This document shows, one piece after another, positions 8,946 to 18,653 of a stretch of 64,000 bases of DNA. The notes under the pieces were generated by a model that had not been told where the DNA came from, did no database searches, and worked only from the letters and a program-made list of their open reading frames with translations. The stretch is taken from the IMG/VR virus record IMGVR_UViG_3300022907_000007, positions 1 through 64,000 of that record; one strand, 5' to 3'. Numbering within the stretch: the stretch's first letter is position 1; each line of letters begins with the position of its first letter. This DNA is from a virus. The translations under genes were made by a program, and so were the position numbers.

Positions 8946-10736
8946 ATGACAATTACTGTTGATCATCCAGTCCTAGGTAAAGTTAAATTTCCTGACACTG
9001 CAACGCCTGAGCAGATTAACAATACCCTGCTAAAACTTGGTACTGATCTTTTACCTGAAGGTTCATCAGGTGAAGTATTCTTTAATCAAATGGGTGAGGG
9101 GCTTGAGTCTTCTATTGAAGGTCTCTCTAATATTACTGGTTTAGGATTCTATGAAGACTCATATGAAGATGAGTTTAGAAGTAGAGTACAACTAGAGCAG
9201 TCTCCTATTGCAGGTTACGGCGGTAACTTCATTGGTAATATGCTTGATCCTGTTACTCTTCCTGCGGCATTCTTAAAACCTATTGCATTTGGTAGTAAAG
9301 TCCTTACTGGTATAGGTAGAGGTGGCGCGGCAGGTGCGGCAGGTGGTCTTGTTGAGCCAGTGTTTGAAGAGTTTGGTGATAGTCGTCTGTTAAACACTAC
9401 AGTTGGTGGTGTCTTTGGAGGCGCATTAGGTGGTGCATTATCTAAGTTTATTGCCCGCGATATCAAAGTTCCGACAAAGCAAGACACTGAGAAAGGCGTA
9501 GATGCTGCACTTGAAGATGCGGCAGAGGCGGTAGATCCTCCTGTTAAAGTTGCAGATGATGAAGTCATTACTCCTGCGGCTACACCTACACAAAGAGTAG
9601 AGTCTGAACTTGTTACTCAAGCACAAAGAGGACTGAGTCCTGTTGCAAAAGAAACAAGGGATGAGTATCGTGCATTAGTCCAAGCGGCTAAGGATGCTAA
9701 GGCTAAAGTCACACAAGCAGAAGCAGATCTAGCTCGTGCTAAGAATAATGAAAGCCTACGTTTGCGAGCACAACAGAAACTTGATGCTATCAAGAAAGAC
9801 GCAGATAAAATCACAAAGCGTTTGGATGATGTTAAAGCAGGTAACAAAGCACAAGCAAACCTCAATGCATTACGCCGTGGGGTTATTGACCAACTCAGTC
9901 CTGATGTACGTATTAAGTATAATCAAGCCAGAGCAGAAGAAGCAGGTGCTGTTAAAGTTGCAGATGATGTAACAGTTGAACAACCTACTCCTGTCACAGA
10001 AGCACCAGTTACTCCACGTCAAGCACCTCCAACAGATGAAGCAGAAGAGTTTGCTCCGTTACGTATGGGTACTGAGGCGCGTGAGTCTGCAGGTTCTGCA
10101 GGTGTACGTCCTGAACAGCAGTTTGCACAGCAGGTTGCTGAGGGTGTGAATGAAGAAGAGATGGTTGCTACTGCATGGTCTCTTAAGAACAAACAGCCTG
10201 CGGGATCAAAAGGTTTTGATGAAACTGATGCTGATCTAAGGCGTGCGGCAGGACGAGAGAGTGCGGCTGAGGTACGGCTACGTGATCTCATGGGTCACAA
10301 GTTTGGTTCATACACATTCAAAGATAACCCTGAACTAGAAATAGAAGCACGTCAATTAATCGGAGAAGACTACGATAGTATTGTTGAATGGTTGATGGAT
10401 TCTGCTCGCAAAGGACGGGTGTTCAATGCACAAGAACAACGAATCTTAGAACCACTGAGGGCGGAAGCAGAGCAACGTATACGTGCCACATATAAGGCAA
10501 TGAGAGAAATGCGTAGACAAGGCTCATTCAGGACTAACAAGTGGACGCAAGAAGAGTATGACTCAGTTATGGAACTACAGTTCTACTCTTACATTGCTGA
10601 TGCAATTGATACCAATGGTACTCGTGCATCCCATGCGTTAAAAGAAATTCAAAACATCAAGATGAAGCGAAAGCAAAATGCCGGTAAGATTAAAGCAGGC
10701 AAACCAATTGATGATATCTTTGGAGTTAAGTGTTAA
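8946..10736 (+). CDS. Internal virion protein
   Basis: 596 aa, Gly-rich hydrophobic segments plus coiled coil. Confidence 0.55.
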   Translation: MTITVDHPVLGKVKFPDTATPEQINNTLLKLGTDLLPEGSSGEVFFNQMGEGLESSIEGLSNITGLGFYEDSYEDEFRSRVQLEQSPIAGYGGNFIGNMLDPVTLPAAFLKPIAFGSKVLTGIGRGGAAGAAGGLVEPVFEEFGDSRLLNTTVGGVFGGALGGALSKFIARDIKVPTKQDTEKGVDAALEDAAEAVDPPVKVADDEVITPAATPTQRVESELVTQAQRGLSPVAKETRDEYRALVQAAKDAKAKVTQAEADLARAKNNESLRLRAQQKLDAIKKDADKITKRLDDVKAGNKAQANLNALRRGVIDQLSPDVRIKYNQARAEEAGAVKVADDVTVEQPTPVTEAPVTPRQAPPTDEAEEFAPLRMGTEARESAGSAGVRPEQQFAQQVAEGVNEEEMVATAWSLKNKQPAGSKGFDETDADLRRAAGRESAAEVRLRDLMGHKFGSYTFKDNPELEIEARQLIGEDYDSIVEWLMDSARKGRVFNAQEQRILEPLRAEAEQRIRATYKAMREMRRQGSFRTNKWTQEEYDSVMELQFYSYIADAIDTNGTRASHALKEIQNIKMKRKQNAGKIKAGKPIDDIFGVKC

Positions 10737-12922
10737 TGGCAAAGCCAATCATTATTGAAGTAGCGGATGCGTGTAATACAAATGTTAATTCGGCTTTAGA
10801 TTTAATTGACAATACAGATACGTTACTGAGCGAGAAAGCGTTAGGTGTTGCTATTCGCAAAGGGCTGAACAAGGCTACTCAGCCTACACGATTTAGGGAT
10901 ATGTTTCTTGAAGGCGTAATCAACGGTTACCTTTCAGGCTTTGGTACTCCTATTGCAAACGCTATCTCTATTGGTGTTCAAAACTTTACAGCACCAACTC
11001 TTGAAGCTATTGGTGCATTGACTGATACGTTGCGTGTAACTAACAGAGCACGTAATGCGGCAGGAGAATTACTTAAACCTAATCGTGAACTACGTGATGC
11101 TGTTGCTATGTTTGAAGCGGCAATGGAGGGGTTTGGTGCGGACATTATGTTCCTCAAGCAAGGATGGAAGAGTGGTTATCCTCTTGATGTAAACAGGTCA
11201 TCTGCATCTCTTGCACGTCAACTAGGTGTCAGTACAGCAGAAGCGCGTAAGGTAATTATCAAAGAGATTGCCGCAACTAAAGCGGCAAAAGCATTTGCTG
11301 AACCAGACAACACATCCACAATGGATCAATTAACTAAAGGCTTCACTGCTCAAATGCAGAAGGAAGGGTTAAACCCTACTGAGTTTGAAGCGTATATGGA
11401 TGAAGCCTATGATTATATCTCAGGTCATATTCCATCTAAGTTTGGTGGCAAGATTATCCGTTGGCCTACTCGCGCAACAGTTGCAATTGATGAGTATGGT
11501 AAGGCACGTTTTCGTAGACAGAAGATTGCACAGATGGCATCTGTCAAGGCGCGTGAGGATGAAGCAAAAGGACTTGGATCATACCGTGATCTGTATAACC
11601 AGTATCGTAAGGACTCATTGAGATCAGTCGATGAAGTTAAGGCTGATGAGATTGAAGAAGTCTTTGGCCGCATGAAGATGGATATTGGTAAAGTCTTTGG
11701 TCAATCAGATGATGACATGACTCCATACGGTAGCATCAAAGAGTTTGCATTACGTCAGACGTTTCAGTCTCCCTTGTTCGGTGCGGCTAAAGCGGCACAG
11801 GATATTAGACGTGACCATGCATTCGTTGCTTACTTTGTACCGTTCATTAAGACACCATGGAACATCCTAAAAGAAGGTACATCATTTGTTCCTGGGCTAG
11901 GTTACGCATTACGTCCTGCTTATTTGAAGGGTGCAGTGCCTGTCAAGATGTCTAATGATGAGCTTATTCCTAGACAGATTCTAGGGGCTACAATGTTTGC
12001 AGGAGTCGGTGCTATGTTTGCTAGTGGTAATATCACTGGCTCTCCTAGAAATGCAGATGAAGCGCAAGCATGGAAGGATCAAGGCATTCAACCTTTCTCA
12101 ATTAAGATAGGGGATAGTTGGGTTTCGTATCAGCGGATTGAACCTATCGCTACAGTGCTTGGTCTTGCGGCTGACTTGTTACGTCTAACCGATGAGTATG
12201 TTCAGAACCCTGATCTTGATGCGTCATTCTTGGATGAAGCGGCAAAGCCTACACTTGTAGCAATCAAGGCAAACATCTTAAGTAAGTCATTCATGGAAGG
12301 GTTCTCAAATATCCTTGAGGTTATGTCAGACCCTGCTCGATATGCTGAATCATTCATGGCATCTACATTACGTCCACTGTCTCCTGCAGTATTAAACATG
12401 GTTGCCCGCGCAACTGATCCATATGAACGTCTTGCAACAACACCCGTCGAGAAGTTACAACAACGCTTCCCGTTCCTGCGTCAAGACTTACCAGTGGAGT
12501 ACGGTGCAATTGGAGGTCCGCGTGAGACTAACTTTACACAGGCAGTTACTGGCTTTGGGATTACATCAGGGCCAGAGACAATGCTACAACAAGAGCTTGC
12601 TGATCTGAACTATACAAAGGGGCGTGTAGGAGATACCATTATGCGCGTTGGTTTAACAACAGCACAGCTTGGTGAGTTCCGTATGATGTCTGCTGAGATG
12701 CTGACTCCTATACTAGATCGCTTTATTAACTCAGCGACATACAGGAATGCAACTAATTCTAGACGTAAGGTACTACTTGATAAGATTACAGGACAAGTGC
12801 AGAACGCAGTGCGTAGGAAATACTTTGCACAGTTGCGGAAGCAAGACCCAGAGGTTGCACGTAAGTTCTACAATCAGGAGATCTTGAAGAGAGGACTAGA
12901 GGAACAAGTACCACTCCGCTAG
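10730..12922 (+). CDS. Large internal virion protein
   Basis: PFIKTPWNI, GIQPFSIKIGDSWVSYQRIEP motifs typical of large podoviral ejection proteins; last gene of late arm. Confidence 0.6.
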   Translation: MLMAKPIIIEVADACNTNVNSALDLIDNTDTLLSEKALGVAIRKGLNKATQPTRFRDMFLEGVINGYLSGFGTPIANAISIGVQNFTAPTLEAIGALTDTLRVTNRARNAAGELLKPNRELRDAVAMFEAAMEGFGADIMFLKQGWKSGYPLDVNRSSASLARQLGVSTAEARKVIIKEIAATKAAKAFAEPDNTSTMDQLTKGFTAQMQKEGLNPTEFEAYMDEAYDYISGHIPSKFGGKIIRWPTRATVAIDEYGKARFRRQKIAQMASVKAREDEAKGLGSYRDLYNQYRKDSLRSVDEVKADEIEEVFGRMKMDIGKVFGQSDDDMTPYGSIKEFALRQTFQSPLFGAAKAAQDIRRDHAFVAYFVPFIKTPWNILKEGTSFVPGLGYALRPAYLKGAVPVKMSNDELIPRQILGATMFAGVGAMFASGNITGSPRNADEAQAWKDQGIQPFSIKIGDSWVSYQRIEPIATVLGLAADLLRLTDEYVQNPDLDASFLDEAAKPTLVAIKANILSKSFMEGFSNILEVMSDPARYAESFMASTLRPLSPAVLNMVARATDPYERLATTPVEKLQQRFPFLRQDLPVEYGAIGGPRETNFTQAVTGFGITSGPETMLQQELADLNYTKGRVGDTIMRVGLTTAQLGEFRMMSAEMLTPILDRFINSATYRNATNSRRKVLLDKITGQVQNAVRRKYFAQLRKQDPEVARKFYNQEILKRGLEEQVPLR

Positions 12923-12938
12923 GTTAACTTGGTTAACC
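12922..12938. repeat. GGTTAAC-N3-GTTAACC motif copy 1
   Basis: GGTTAACTTGGTTAACC at the convergence of the two arms. Confidence 0.9.
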
Positions 12939-12941
12939 TCT

Positions 12942-12966
12942 AAAAAGAACCCCGCCGAAGCGGGGC
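12942..12966 (-). terminator. Rho-independent terminator of the early/replication arm
   Basis: CCCCGC-CGAA-GCGGGG hairpin (UUCG loop on minus strand) with A-tract on plus strand. Confidence 0.8.
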
Positions 12967-12986
12967 AAGTTCCACTGGAGGGTGGT

Positions 12987-13184
12987 TCAGTCGTCAACAA
13001 GTCCGTAGACACTGCCGACCATAATCTTTACAAAAGGTATATTGAAGATGTATCCATCAAAGAAGTAGATAGTTGCGTCTTCTTCTGATTCTCCATGCTG
13101 ACGACCGTACACAGGCTGTGCTTCCACAGACTCAACAGACAGTCCAAAGACGTGCCAAAAACTAAACTGTACTACCATCCCCAA
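12987..13184 (-). CDS. Hypothetical protein
   Basis: 65-aa ORF overlapping nrdB end. Confidence 0.5.
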   Translation of the reverse strand: MGMVVQFSFWHVFGLSVESVEAQPVYGRQHGESEEDATIYFFDGYIFNIPFVKIMVGSVYGLVDD

Positions 13185-14125
13185 TCATCTCCATCTAATC
13201 CATGTGCATTGTAATCAGTCACTCGCTTCTCAAAGAAGTTACTCATAGAGCTACCTCCAAGAATCTCCTCCATCCACGGTAGAGGGTTCTCCTTAACCTT
13301 CCAGTTTGTCTTGAGACCAAGTTGCAGTAGTCGTCTGTCTGCGAGATAACGAATGTACTGCTTGACATCTGCCGACGACAGACCTTCCAAGTCACCCATC
13401 TCATACGCAAGATCAATAACCTTGTCTTCAAGTTTGACTGCAGTACGGAACATCTCGTAGATATCTTTCTTGAAATCGTCGTTAACGATTCGTGGATGTT
13501 CATTACAATACTCCCTGAATAACTTAGCCATCCCCTCTGCGTGTTGTGACTCATCACGTACTGACCACTCAACAACAGTACACATACCCGGCATCTTACC
13601 ATAGCGTTGATAGTTAAGTAGCATCGCAAATGCTGAGAACAAACTCATACCTTCATTCAACACTGAGCGTGCAATTGCAAGGGCTGTACCGCTTATAGAA
13701 GTTACGTCTAATCCGGACATGAACTCCAGTTTTGCAGACATTTGCTCATACTCTAAGAACGCTGTGAACTCCTCTTCCGGAAGTCCGAGAGTGTCATTGA
13801 GTAAGGCATATGCTCGTTGATGGATGAACTCACGAGAAGCAAAGGCTGTGAGCATGGCTCTAATCTCATTGTTCTTGAACTTGGGAATATAATACTCAAG
13901 ATAGTTTGTTCCAACCGCCACGTCTGTCTGCGTAAATAACCGCAAGATCTGGGTGATATGGTTCTTCTCGCTCTCCGATAGTGCGCCTGACTTCCAGTGT
14001 GATACATCTGTTTGTAACTCTAACTCATCCTCAATCCAGTGGATACGCTCATGCTCTGTGGCATACGTAACAGCCCAAGGGTAGTTGAATGGTTTATAAC
14101 TTTTGCTCTGTTCCTGCAAGCTCAT
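13172..14125 (-). CDS. nrdB: Ribonucleotide reductase class Ia beta subunit
   Basis: Di-iron ligand motifs TQTD, EFIHQRAY, EGMSLFSAF, RDESQH; NFFEKRVTDY C-terminus. Confidence 0.95.
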   Translation of the reverse strand: MSLQEQSKSYKPFNYPWAVTYATEHERIHWIEDELELQTDVSHWKSGALSESEKNHITQILRLFTQTDVAVGTNYLEYYIPKFKNNEIRAMLTAFASREFIHQRAYALLNDTLGLPEEEFTAFLEYEQMSAKLEFMSGLDVTSISGTALAIARSVLNEGMSLFSAFAMLLNYQRYGKMPGMCTVVEWSVRDESQHAEGMAKLFREYCNEHPRIVNDDFKKDIYEMFRTAVKLEDKVIDLAYEMGDLEGLSSADVKQYIRYLADRRLLQLGLKTNWKVKENPLPWMEEILGGSSMSNFFEKRVTDYNAHGLDGDDWGW

Positions 14126-14258
14126 ATAGTTGTCTCTCCAGTGTGTCCAGTTTATTGGACAAGTCTATGATTGTGTCGTATGCGTCATTTAATAATTGTT
14201 TATTGAAAGGGTCTATGTCTTTGACCAGTTCAATTCTCTCTAGTATATTGGTTTGCAT
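14094..14258 (-). CDS. Small coiled-coil hypothetical protein (54 aa, not in ORF track)
   Basis: Read by eye: MQTNILERIELVKDID...GTEQKL*, fills the nrdA-nrdB gap, GGGGA RBS. Confidence 0.55.
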   Translation of the reverse strand: MQTNILERIELVKDIDPFNKQLLNDAYDTIIDLSNKLDTLERQLYELAGTEQKL

Positions 14259-14264
14259 AGTCCC

Positions 14265-16022
14265 CTATCCCTGACAACTCACACAGACATCATCGTCTTC
14301 AAAGTCTTTCAACGCATTACGGTCCACTTTAGTCCCAACCTTCTCCGCTGTAACACCTGCAGTCGTGCGTAAATAATATAATCCTTTAAGCCCTTCCTTC
14401 CACGCCTTGAGGTGTACCTGATTGACAATAGCCTTGTCAGTACCCGATGGAAAGAACACGTTAACACTCTGCCCTTGACATATAAACTCTTGTCTTTTAG
14501 CTGAGTGTTCGACAACCCACCCCTGATCGAGTTCAAATGCTGTCTTAAATGTAGCCTTCTCGTCGTCGGATAGGAACTCCAAGTGCTGTACAGAGCCTTC
14601 ATTCTCAAGAATACTTTGCCATATCTTCTTGGTGTTCTTTCCTTTGTCATCTAAAAGTTCCTCCAAGTACGGATTGCGAACAGTATGACTCCCGGCACGA
14701 GTACGATGGACAAAGCAGTTGCTAAGACGTGGTTCAATGCTAGCAGAGCACCCACATAGGATACTAGAATTAGCGTTAGGAGCAATAGCCAACAGATGCA
14801 TATTTCTAATACCATAACCCACCCCATCAGGACACTCACCACGTCCCACAGCGAGCGAGTACGTGGCCTCAAGTGCTTGGGATTTGATGTCCTTGAAGAG
14901 GTTGTAGTTTTCACTCGCCGCTTGCCATGACTCCCAAGCTATGCCTTTGCCTTGGAGGTAGCCGTGGAAGCCCATTGCTCCAAGACCGACTGAGCGTTCT
15001 CTGTAAGCTGAGTAGACAGCTTTTGATAGTTCTTCTGGTGCGTTGTCAATAAAGAATTGAAGGACGTTGTCCAAGAATCTGATAAGGTCTCCAACCATGC
15101 CGCTTGATTTCCAGTCATCGTATCGCTCAAGGTTGACTGAGGAGAGGCAACAGACTGCTGTGCGTTCTTCACTTGTTGCGAGATGGATTTCGTTGCAGAG
15201 GTTACTGCCATTAATTGACAGTCCAAGTTTTCTTTGAGCTTCCGGTAAACCTCTTCTGGCTGTGTCGATAAAGTTAAGGTAAGGACTGCCAGTTCTGAAG
15301 CGAGCTTCAAGTATTCGTTGCCAAAGTTTACGAGCTTGGATTGTATCTCTAACAATTCCTGTGTTGGGATCAACAAGGTTCCATTCTGTTCCATTGATTA
15401 CACACTCCATAAAATCATCTGTGATATTCACAGCATTAAAAAGATTAAAACATTTGCGGTTGATGTCACCACCAGTCGCTACTTTAAAGTTGATGAACTC
15501 CTCGATATCAGGATGGCTTACGTCTAGGTACGCCGCGTAGCTTCCCTTCCGTGTCTTCCCCTGTTTGTACGCTGTCATCTGTGCGTCCACTACTTTCATG
15601 AACGGTATCGGTCCCGGTGCTTTGTCGGAGATCCCTCTCACGTCTGACCAATGCCCACCCACACCTCCGCCCTTTACGGAAAGCCATGCTACTTCACCAT
15701 TGTGTTCAATAAGGCTGTCAAGAGAGTCAGCCACATAAGTAAGGAAGCAACTAATAGGCAAGCCACTAATCCTTCCGTTCGGTTCTGGGGCATTAGATAA
15801 GACAGGCGACGCAAACATGAACCAACCCTTTGAGGCATAGTCATAAATACGTTGTGCCAAATCCAGATCCCCATCGCAGTAAGCCACTGCCGCGCGAGCA
15901 AACGCCTGCTGAGGAGACTGCTCATGAGCAAGCATATAGTAATCTTGCATGAGCGTAGTCGCTTGGTCACTGAGGCGAAAGTCTCTTTCATAGTCAATCG
16001 TTATCCCAAGGTGTTGAGTCAT
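14265..16022 (-). CDS. nrdA: Ribonucleotide reductase class Ia alpha subunit (short, no obvious ATP cone)
   Basis: PISCFL, GGGVG, SNLCNEI, APNANSS, KGLYY and C-terminal CVSC; likely start MTQHL at 16022. Confidence 0.95.
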   Translation of the reverse strand: MTQHLGITIDYERDFRLSDQATTLMQDYYMLAHEQSPQQAFARAAVAYCDGDLDLAQRIYDYASKGWFMFASPVLSNAPEPNGRISGLPISCFLTYVADSLDSLIEHNGEVAWLSVKGGGVGGHWSDVRGISDKAPGPIPFMKVVDAQMTAYKQGKTRKGSYAAYLDVSHPDIEEFINFKVATGGDINRKCFNLFNAVNITDDFMECVINGTEWNLVDPNTGIVRDTIQARKLWQRILEARFRTGSPYLNFIDTARRGLPEAQRKLGLSINGSNLCNEIHLATSEERTAVCCLSSVNLERYDDWKSSGMVGDLIRFLDNVLQFFIDNAPEELSKAVYSAYRERSVGLGAMGFHGYLQGKGIAWESWQAASENYNLFKDIKSQALEATYSLAVGRGECPDGVGYGIRNMHLLAIAPNANSSILCGCSASIEPRLSNCFVHRTRAGSHTVRNPYLEELLDDKGKNTKKIWQSILENEGSVQHLEFLSDDEKATFKTAFELDQGWVVEHSAKRQEFICQGQSVNVFFPSGTDKAIVNQVHLKAWKEGLKGLYYLRTTAGVTAEKVGTKVDRNALKDFEDDDVCVSCQG

Positions 16023-16170
16023 CGAAATCATTCTCCAGTGTATCTTGTTTTTGTTCAATCAGGTCAGAGAACCTGTCAACCAAATCTTCAGAGGTGAGTT
16101 CTAATGTTTCCATCAGAGTCACCTCATCCAACTGCTTGAGTTTATCTTTAATATCTTCAAGCGTAAGCAT
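15994..16170 (-). CDS. Small acidic hypothetical protein (58 aa, not in ORF track)
   Basis: Read by eye: MLTLEDIKDKLKQLDEVTLMETLELTSEDLVDRF... Confidence 0.55.
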   Translation of the reverse strand: MLTLEDIKDKLKQLDEVTLMETLELTSEDLVDRFSDLIEQKQDTLENDFDDSTPWDND

Positions 16171-16175
16171 CTATT

Positions 16176-16406
16176 TTACCACACTTCTATGAGTTTGTCA
16201 AGGTAATGTTTGCACTTTTGTAAGTCTAACACGCCACCTTTATCCTGAAAGCGAGCAATGTATTTGATCACATTACCAATTAGGAAACCTTTGAACTGCT
16301 CTTCAGTCATCCATTCCTGCATAGCATCCCAAGGCTGTACCTTCTTGTCGGTGTAGTGTGTGCCACCAAGCTGATAGTTCCTAGCCATCTCATTTAAGTC
16401 AGGCAT
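16176..16406 (-). CDS. DUF3310-like protein (T7 gp1.7 nucleotide kinase-related)
   Basis: GGTHY...GFLIGNVIKYIAR..DKGG..DL.K..HYL. Confidence 0.8.
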   Translation of the reverse strand: MPDLNEMARNYQLGGTHYTDKKVQPWDAMQEWMTEEQFKGFLIGNVIKYIARFQDKGGVLDLQKCKHYLDKLIEVW

Positions 16407-17160
16407 AACGCTCCCTCAAATAATTGATAGACACTGGCATCTCATCGAACGTACCTTCCATTACCTCATGTAACATCCAGATACCAGACCATGATCCATT
16501 AGTCTGCGGGTTCAGATACTCTTCATCATGTTGATAATAGATACCTGCAAACAGACCAGTGATTCGTTTACCATCAGCGCGTCGAGCGTAAGAGATACTA
16601 CGATCCTGTACGTGACCCATCACACATGACATATGTTGCTTATTGATTAGTGCATTAGAAGAACTTACTGGTCTTCCCATAACACCACTAACAAAATAAT
16701 GGCTGTAACAGACACCATCAATAACCACAGGTTGTAAGAAATCATACACTTCCCATCCCATCTCTGTCAAGTACAGATCATCAAAGGACATGAGACCTTC
16801 TAGCTTAGGGTCTGCATTGATAGCGCGAGCAATACGATACTCATGGTTACCTAATGTAAATACTAAGCGAGGGTTCCACTGCTTGTCTTTGTTACGCTTG
16901 AGTCTATCTTGTTCCTTACGAATAGGATCAAGGAACTCTTGCATTGCCTCGACACCTGCATTGATGTCATTGATGTATCGCCTACCTTCAAACGATTTCT
17001 TACCGACATCATAGGTAGATAGACTAGGCATATCAAAATGATCACCGATGTGTACGATTACATCAGGCTTCTTCTCTACGGCATATTCTCCTGCCCAACG
17101 CAGATGGCTAGTCGGATGATCCGGCTTCACTTGCGTGTCAGGTATGACCATATGTTTCAT
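16399..17160 (-). CDS. Calcineurin-like metallophosphoesterase
   Basis: IPDTQ, GDHFD, GNHE, GHVQ motifs. Confidence 0.85.
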   Translation of the reverse strand: MKHMVIPDTQVKPDHPTSHLRWAGEYAVEKKPDVIVHIGDHFDMPSLSTYDVGKKSFEGRRYINDINAGVEAMQEFLDPIRKEQDRLKRNKDKQWNPRLVFTLGNHEYRIARAINADPKLEGLMSFDDLYLTEMGWEVYDFLQPVVIDGVCYSHYFVSGVMGRPVSSSNALINKQHMSCVMGHVQDRSISYARRADGKRITGLFAGIYYQHDEEYLNPQTNGSWSGIWMLHEVMEGTFDEMPVSINYLRERYA

Positions 17161-17161
17161 A

Positions 17162-17515
17162 TCAGTCTCCTGTGGTTAACTTGGTTAACCTCAACAATTC
17201 AAAAAAGTGTTCGGCATCTAAGACTGCGAGAGGTCTTCGTCTGTTTTCTTTAACGATGACAAGTGGCTGTGCATCACCTCGATTGTTGCACTGGTCAACA
17301 AAACGATAGACTCCAACTCTCGCAAGGCTTTTGCATTCGACATCATACGTGAAAGACTTGCGAGCCAGAGGGCTAAGTTGAACATCACTGCCACTAACAC
17401 CCATACTGGTTGATCTAACATCATCACTCTCCAGATGCGGGAACGTCTGTAGTATCTGTTCCGCTGTCCATTGTTGTAGTTTCCTTCCCTTTGCTTTCGC
17501 GCTCTGTGTCTTCAC
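17162..17515 (-). CDS. PD-(D/E)XK endonuclease, putative Holliday junction resolvase
   Basis: SAKAKGRKLQQW...GSDV...VECK; probable GTG start 17515. Confidence 0.7.
   Translation of the reverse strand: MKTQSAKAKGRKLQQWTAEQILQTFPHLESDDVRSTSMGVSGSDVQLSPLARKSFTYDVECKSLARVGVYRFVDQCNNRGDAQPLVIVKENRRRPLAVLDAEHFFELLRLTKLTTGD
17174..17190. repeat. GGTTAAC-N3-GTTAACC motif copy 2
   Basis: GGTTAACTTGGTTAACC, encodes LTKLT. Confidence 0.9.
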
Positions 17516-18179
17516 TTGGCGGCTCCCATTGCTCTCCTTGTTGACGCTGAAGGTACAGTAGTTTTCCATTCTCTACTGCACGTTCAACACTACCTAATTG
17601 CTCAACGCAAGTATCAAACATTTCTTTTTCACTCAGTCCATTGAGTAACTTGTAAGCCTTCTTAGGCCCAATACCTTTGACACCCATGATGTTATCAATG
17701 CGGTCTCCAACAAGGAACTGCATATAGAAGTTGAGTAATCCCTGCTCATGCGTGATGTAGTACCTGTCTTTCTTAACAAAGTTGTAGTGCCATCCCTGCA
17801 CCTGATCAAAGTCTTTGTCAAGAGAAACAATGATAGAGTCGTCACCATGTGAGGTTGCCGCAATAGCGATCTCATCATCAGCTTCACACCCATCAGATAC
17901 TACACCATTCCATGATAGCTCAAGGTACTCACGCAACAGTGCATGATGCGTAGGCTTTTCACCTTTGCGGTTTCCCTTGTATGGGGCGGTGACTGCAACA
18001 TCAAATCGGAAGTTGGTCTTACCAGTTAGGTAAGTCTGCCAGTCTGATACGTTTATCTCAAACATCAACATCTCCTCCAAGAAGGAGGCCATCGTCCTGA
18101 TAGCCACACTCTCAGATTCTTCGTTGGTTGCAAACCCAATGCGGTAGCAAAGGATGTCACCGTCAATCAGCGCAATCAC
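17424..18179 (-). CDS. 5'-3' exonuclease (T7 gp6/FEN-like)
   Basis: LIDGD, YKGNR, EADD, SLDKD, GDRIDNI.GVKGIG. Confidence 0.9.
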   Translation of the reverse strand: MIALIDGDILCYRIGFATNEESESVAIRTMASFLEEMLMFEINVSDWQTYLTGKTNFRFDVAVTAPYKGNRKGEKPTHHALLREYLELSWNGVVSDGCEADDEIAIAATSHGDDSIIVSLDKDFDQVQGWHYNFVKKDRYYITHEQGLLNFYMQFLVGDRIDNIMGVKGIGPKKAYKLLNGLSEKEMFDTCVEQLGSVERAVENGKLLYLQRQQGEQWEPPSEDTERESKGKETTTMDSGTDTTDVPASGE

Positions 18180-18595
18180 AGGGTGTCTTCTTCTACCGTC
18201 ACGTCTGCCTTAGTTTCTTCAGGCACATACTGATTCAACTCAGTGACCATGAGCTTGACGATACCAAGAGAGATACCAGTCTGTCCTGTTGGAGACTTCC
18301 AAGAGTAAGGCTTCGCCATGATAGTCGCACGCGAACCATTACCAACAAGGACGTTACGGCTGATAGCTTCACCGTTCTTGTCGTATGGAGTGATCTCATA
18401 CTTAGACTTGCAGGTTACAAAGAACCCACGCTCATCGTCTTTCGACTTGATCTGCACACCAGTCGTCTCGATCTGATCGATCTGATCTGTTGACAGGTTA
18501 GCCAAGTCTACCTGAAACTTTTGTGACAACTTGTTGACCTCGAAAAGGTTAGGCCAGAACAGTTCGACGTTGTCTAGTTTAATTAAGTTACTCAT
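18176..18595 (-). CDS. Single-stranded DNA-binding protein (T7 gp2.5-like)
   Basis: VGNGS motif, acidic C-terminal tail, position next to PolA. Confidence 0.65.
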   Translation of the reverse strand: MSNLIKLDNVELFWPNLFEVNKLSQKFQVDLANLSTDQIDQIETTGVQIKSKDDERGFFVTCKSKYEITPYDKNGEAISRNVLVGNGSRATIMAKPYSWKSPTGQTGISLGIVKLMVTELNQYVPEETKADVTVEEDTL

Positions 18596-18624
18596 ACTTT
18601 TCTCCTACGGAAGTGAGTCTATAT

Positions 18625-18653
18625 ATTATAGCACACAAATTAATGTGTGTCAA
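18625..18653 (-). promoter_or_regulatory. sigma70 promoter for SSB and downstream genes
   Basis: Minus strand TTGACA-N17-TATAAT with TGTG extension, overlapping polA stop. Confidence 0.8.
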
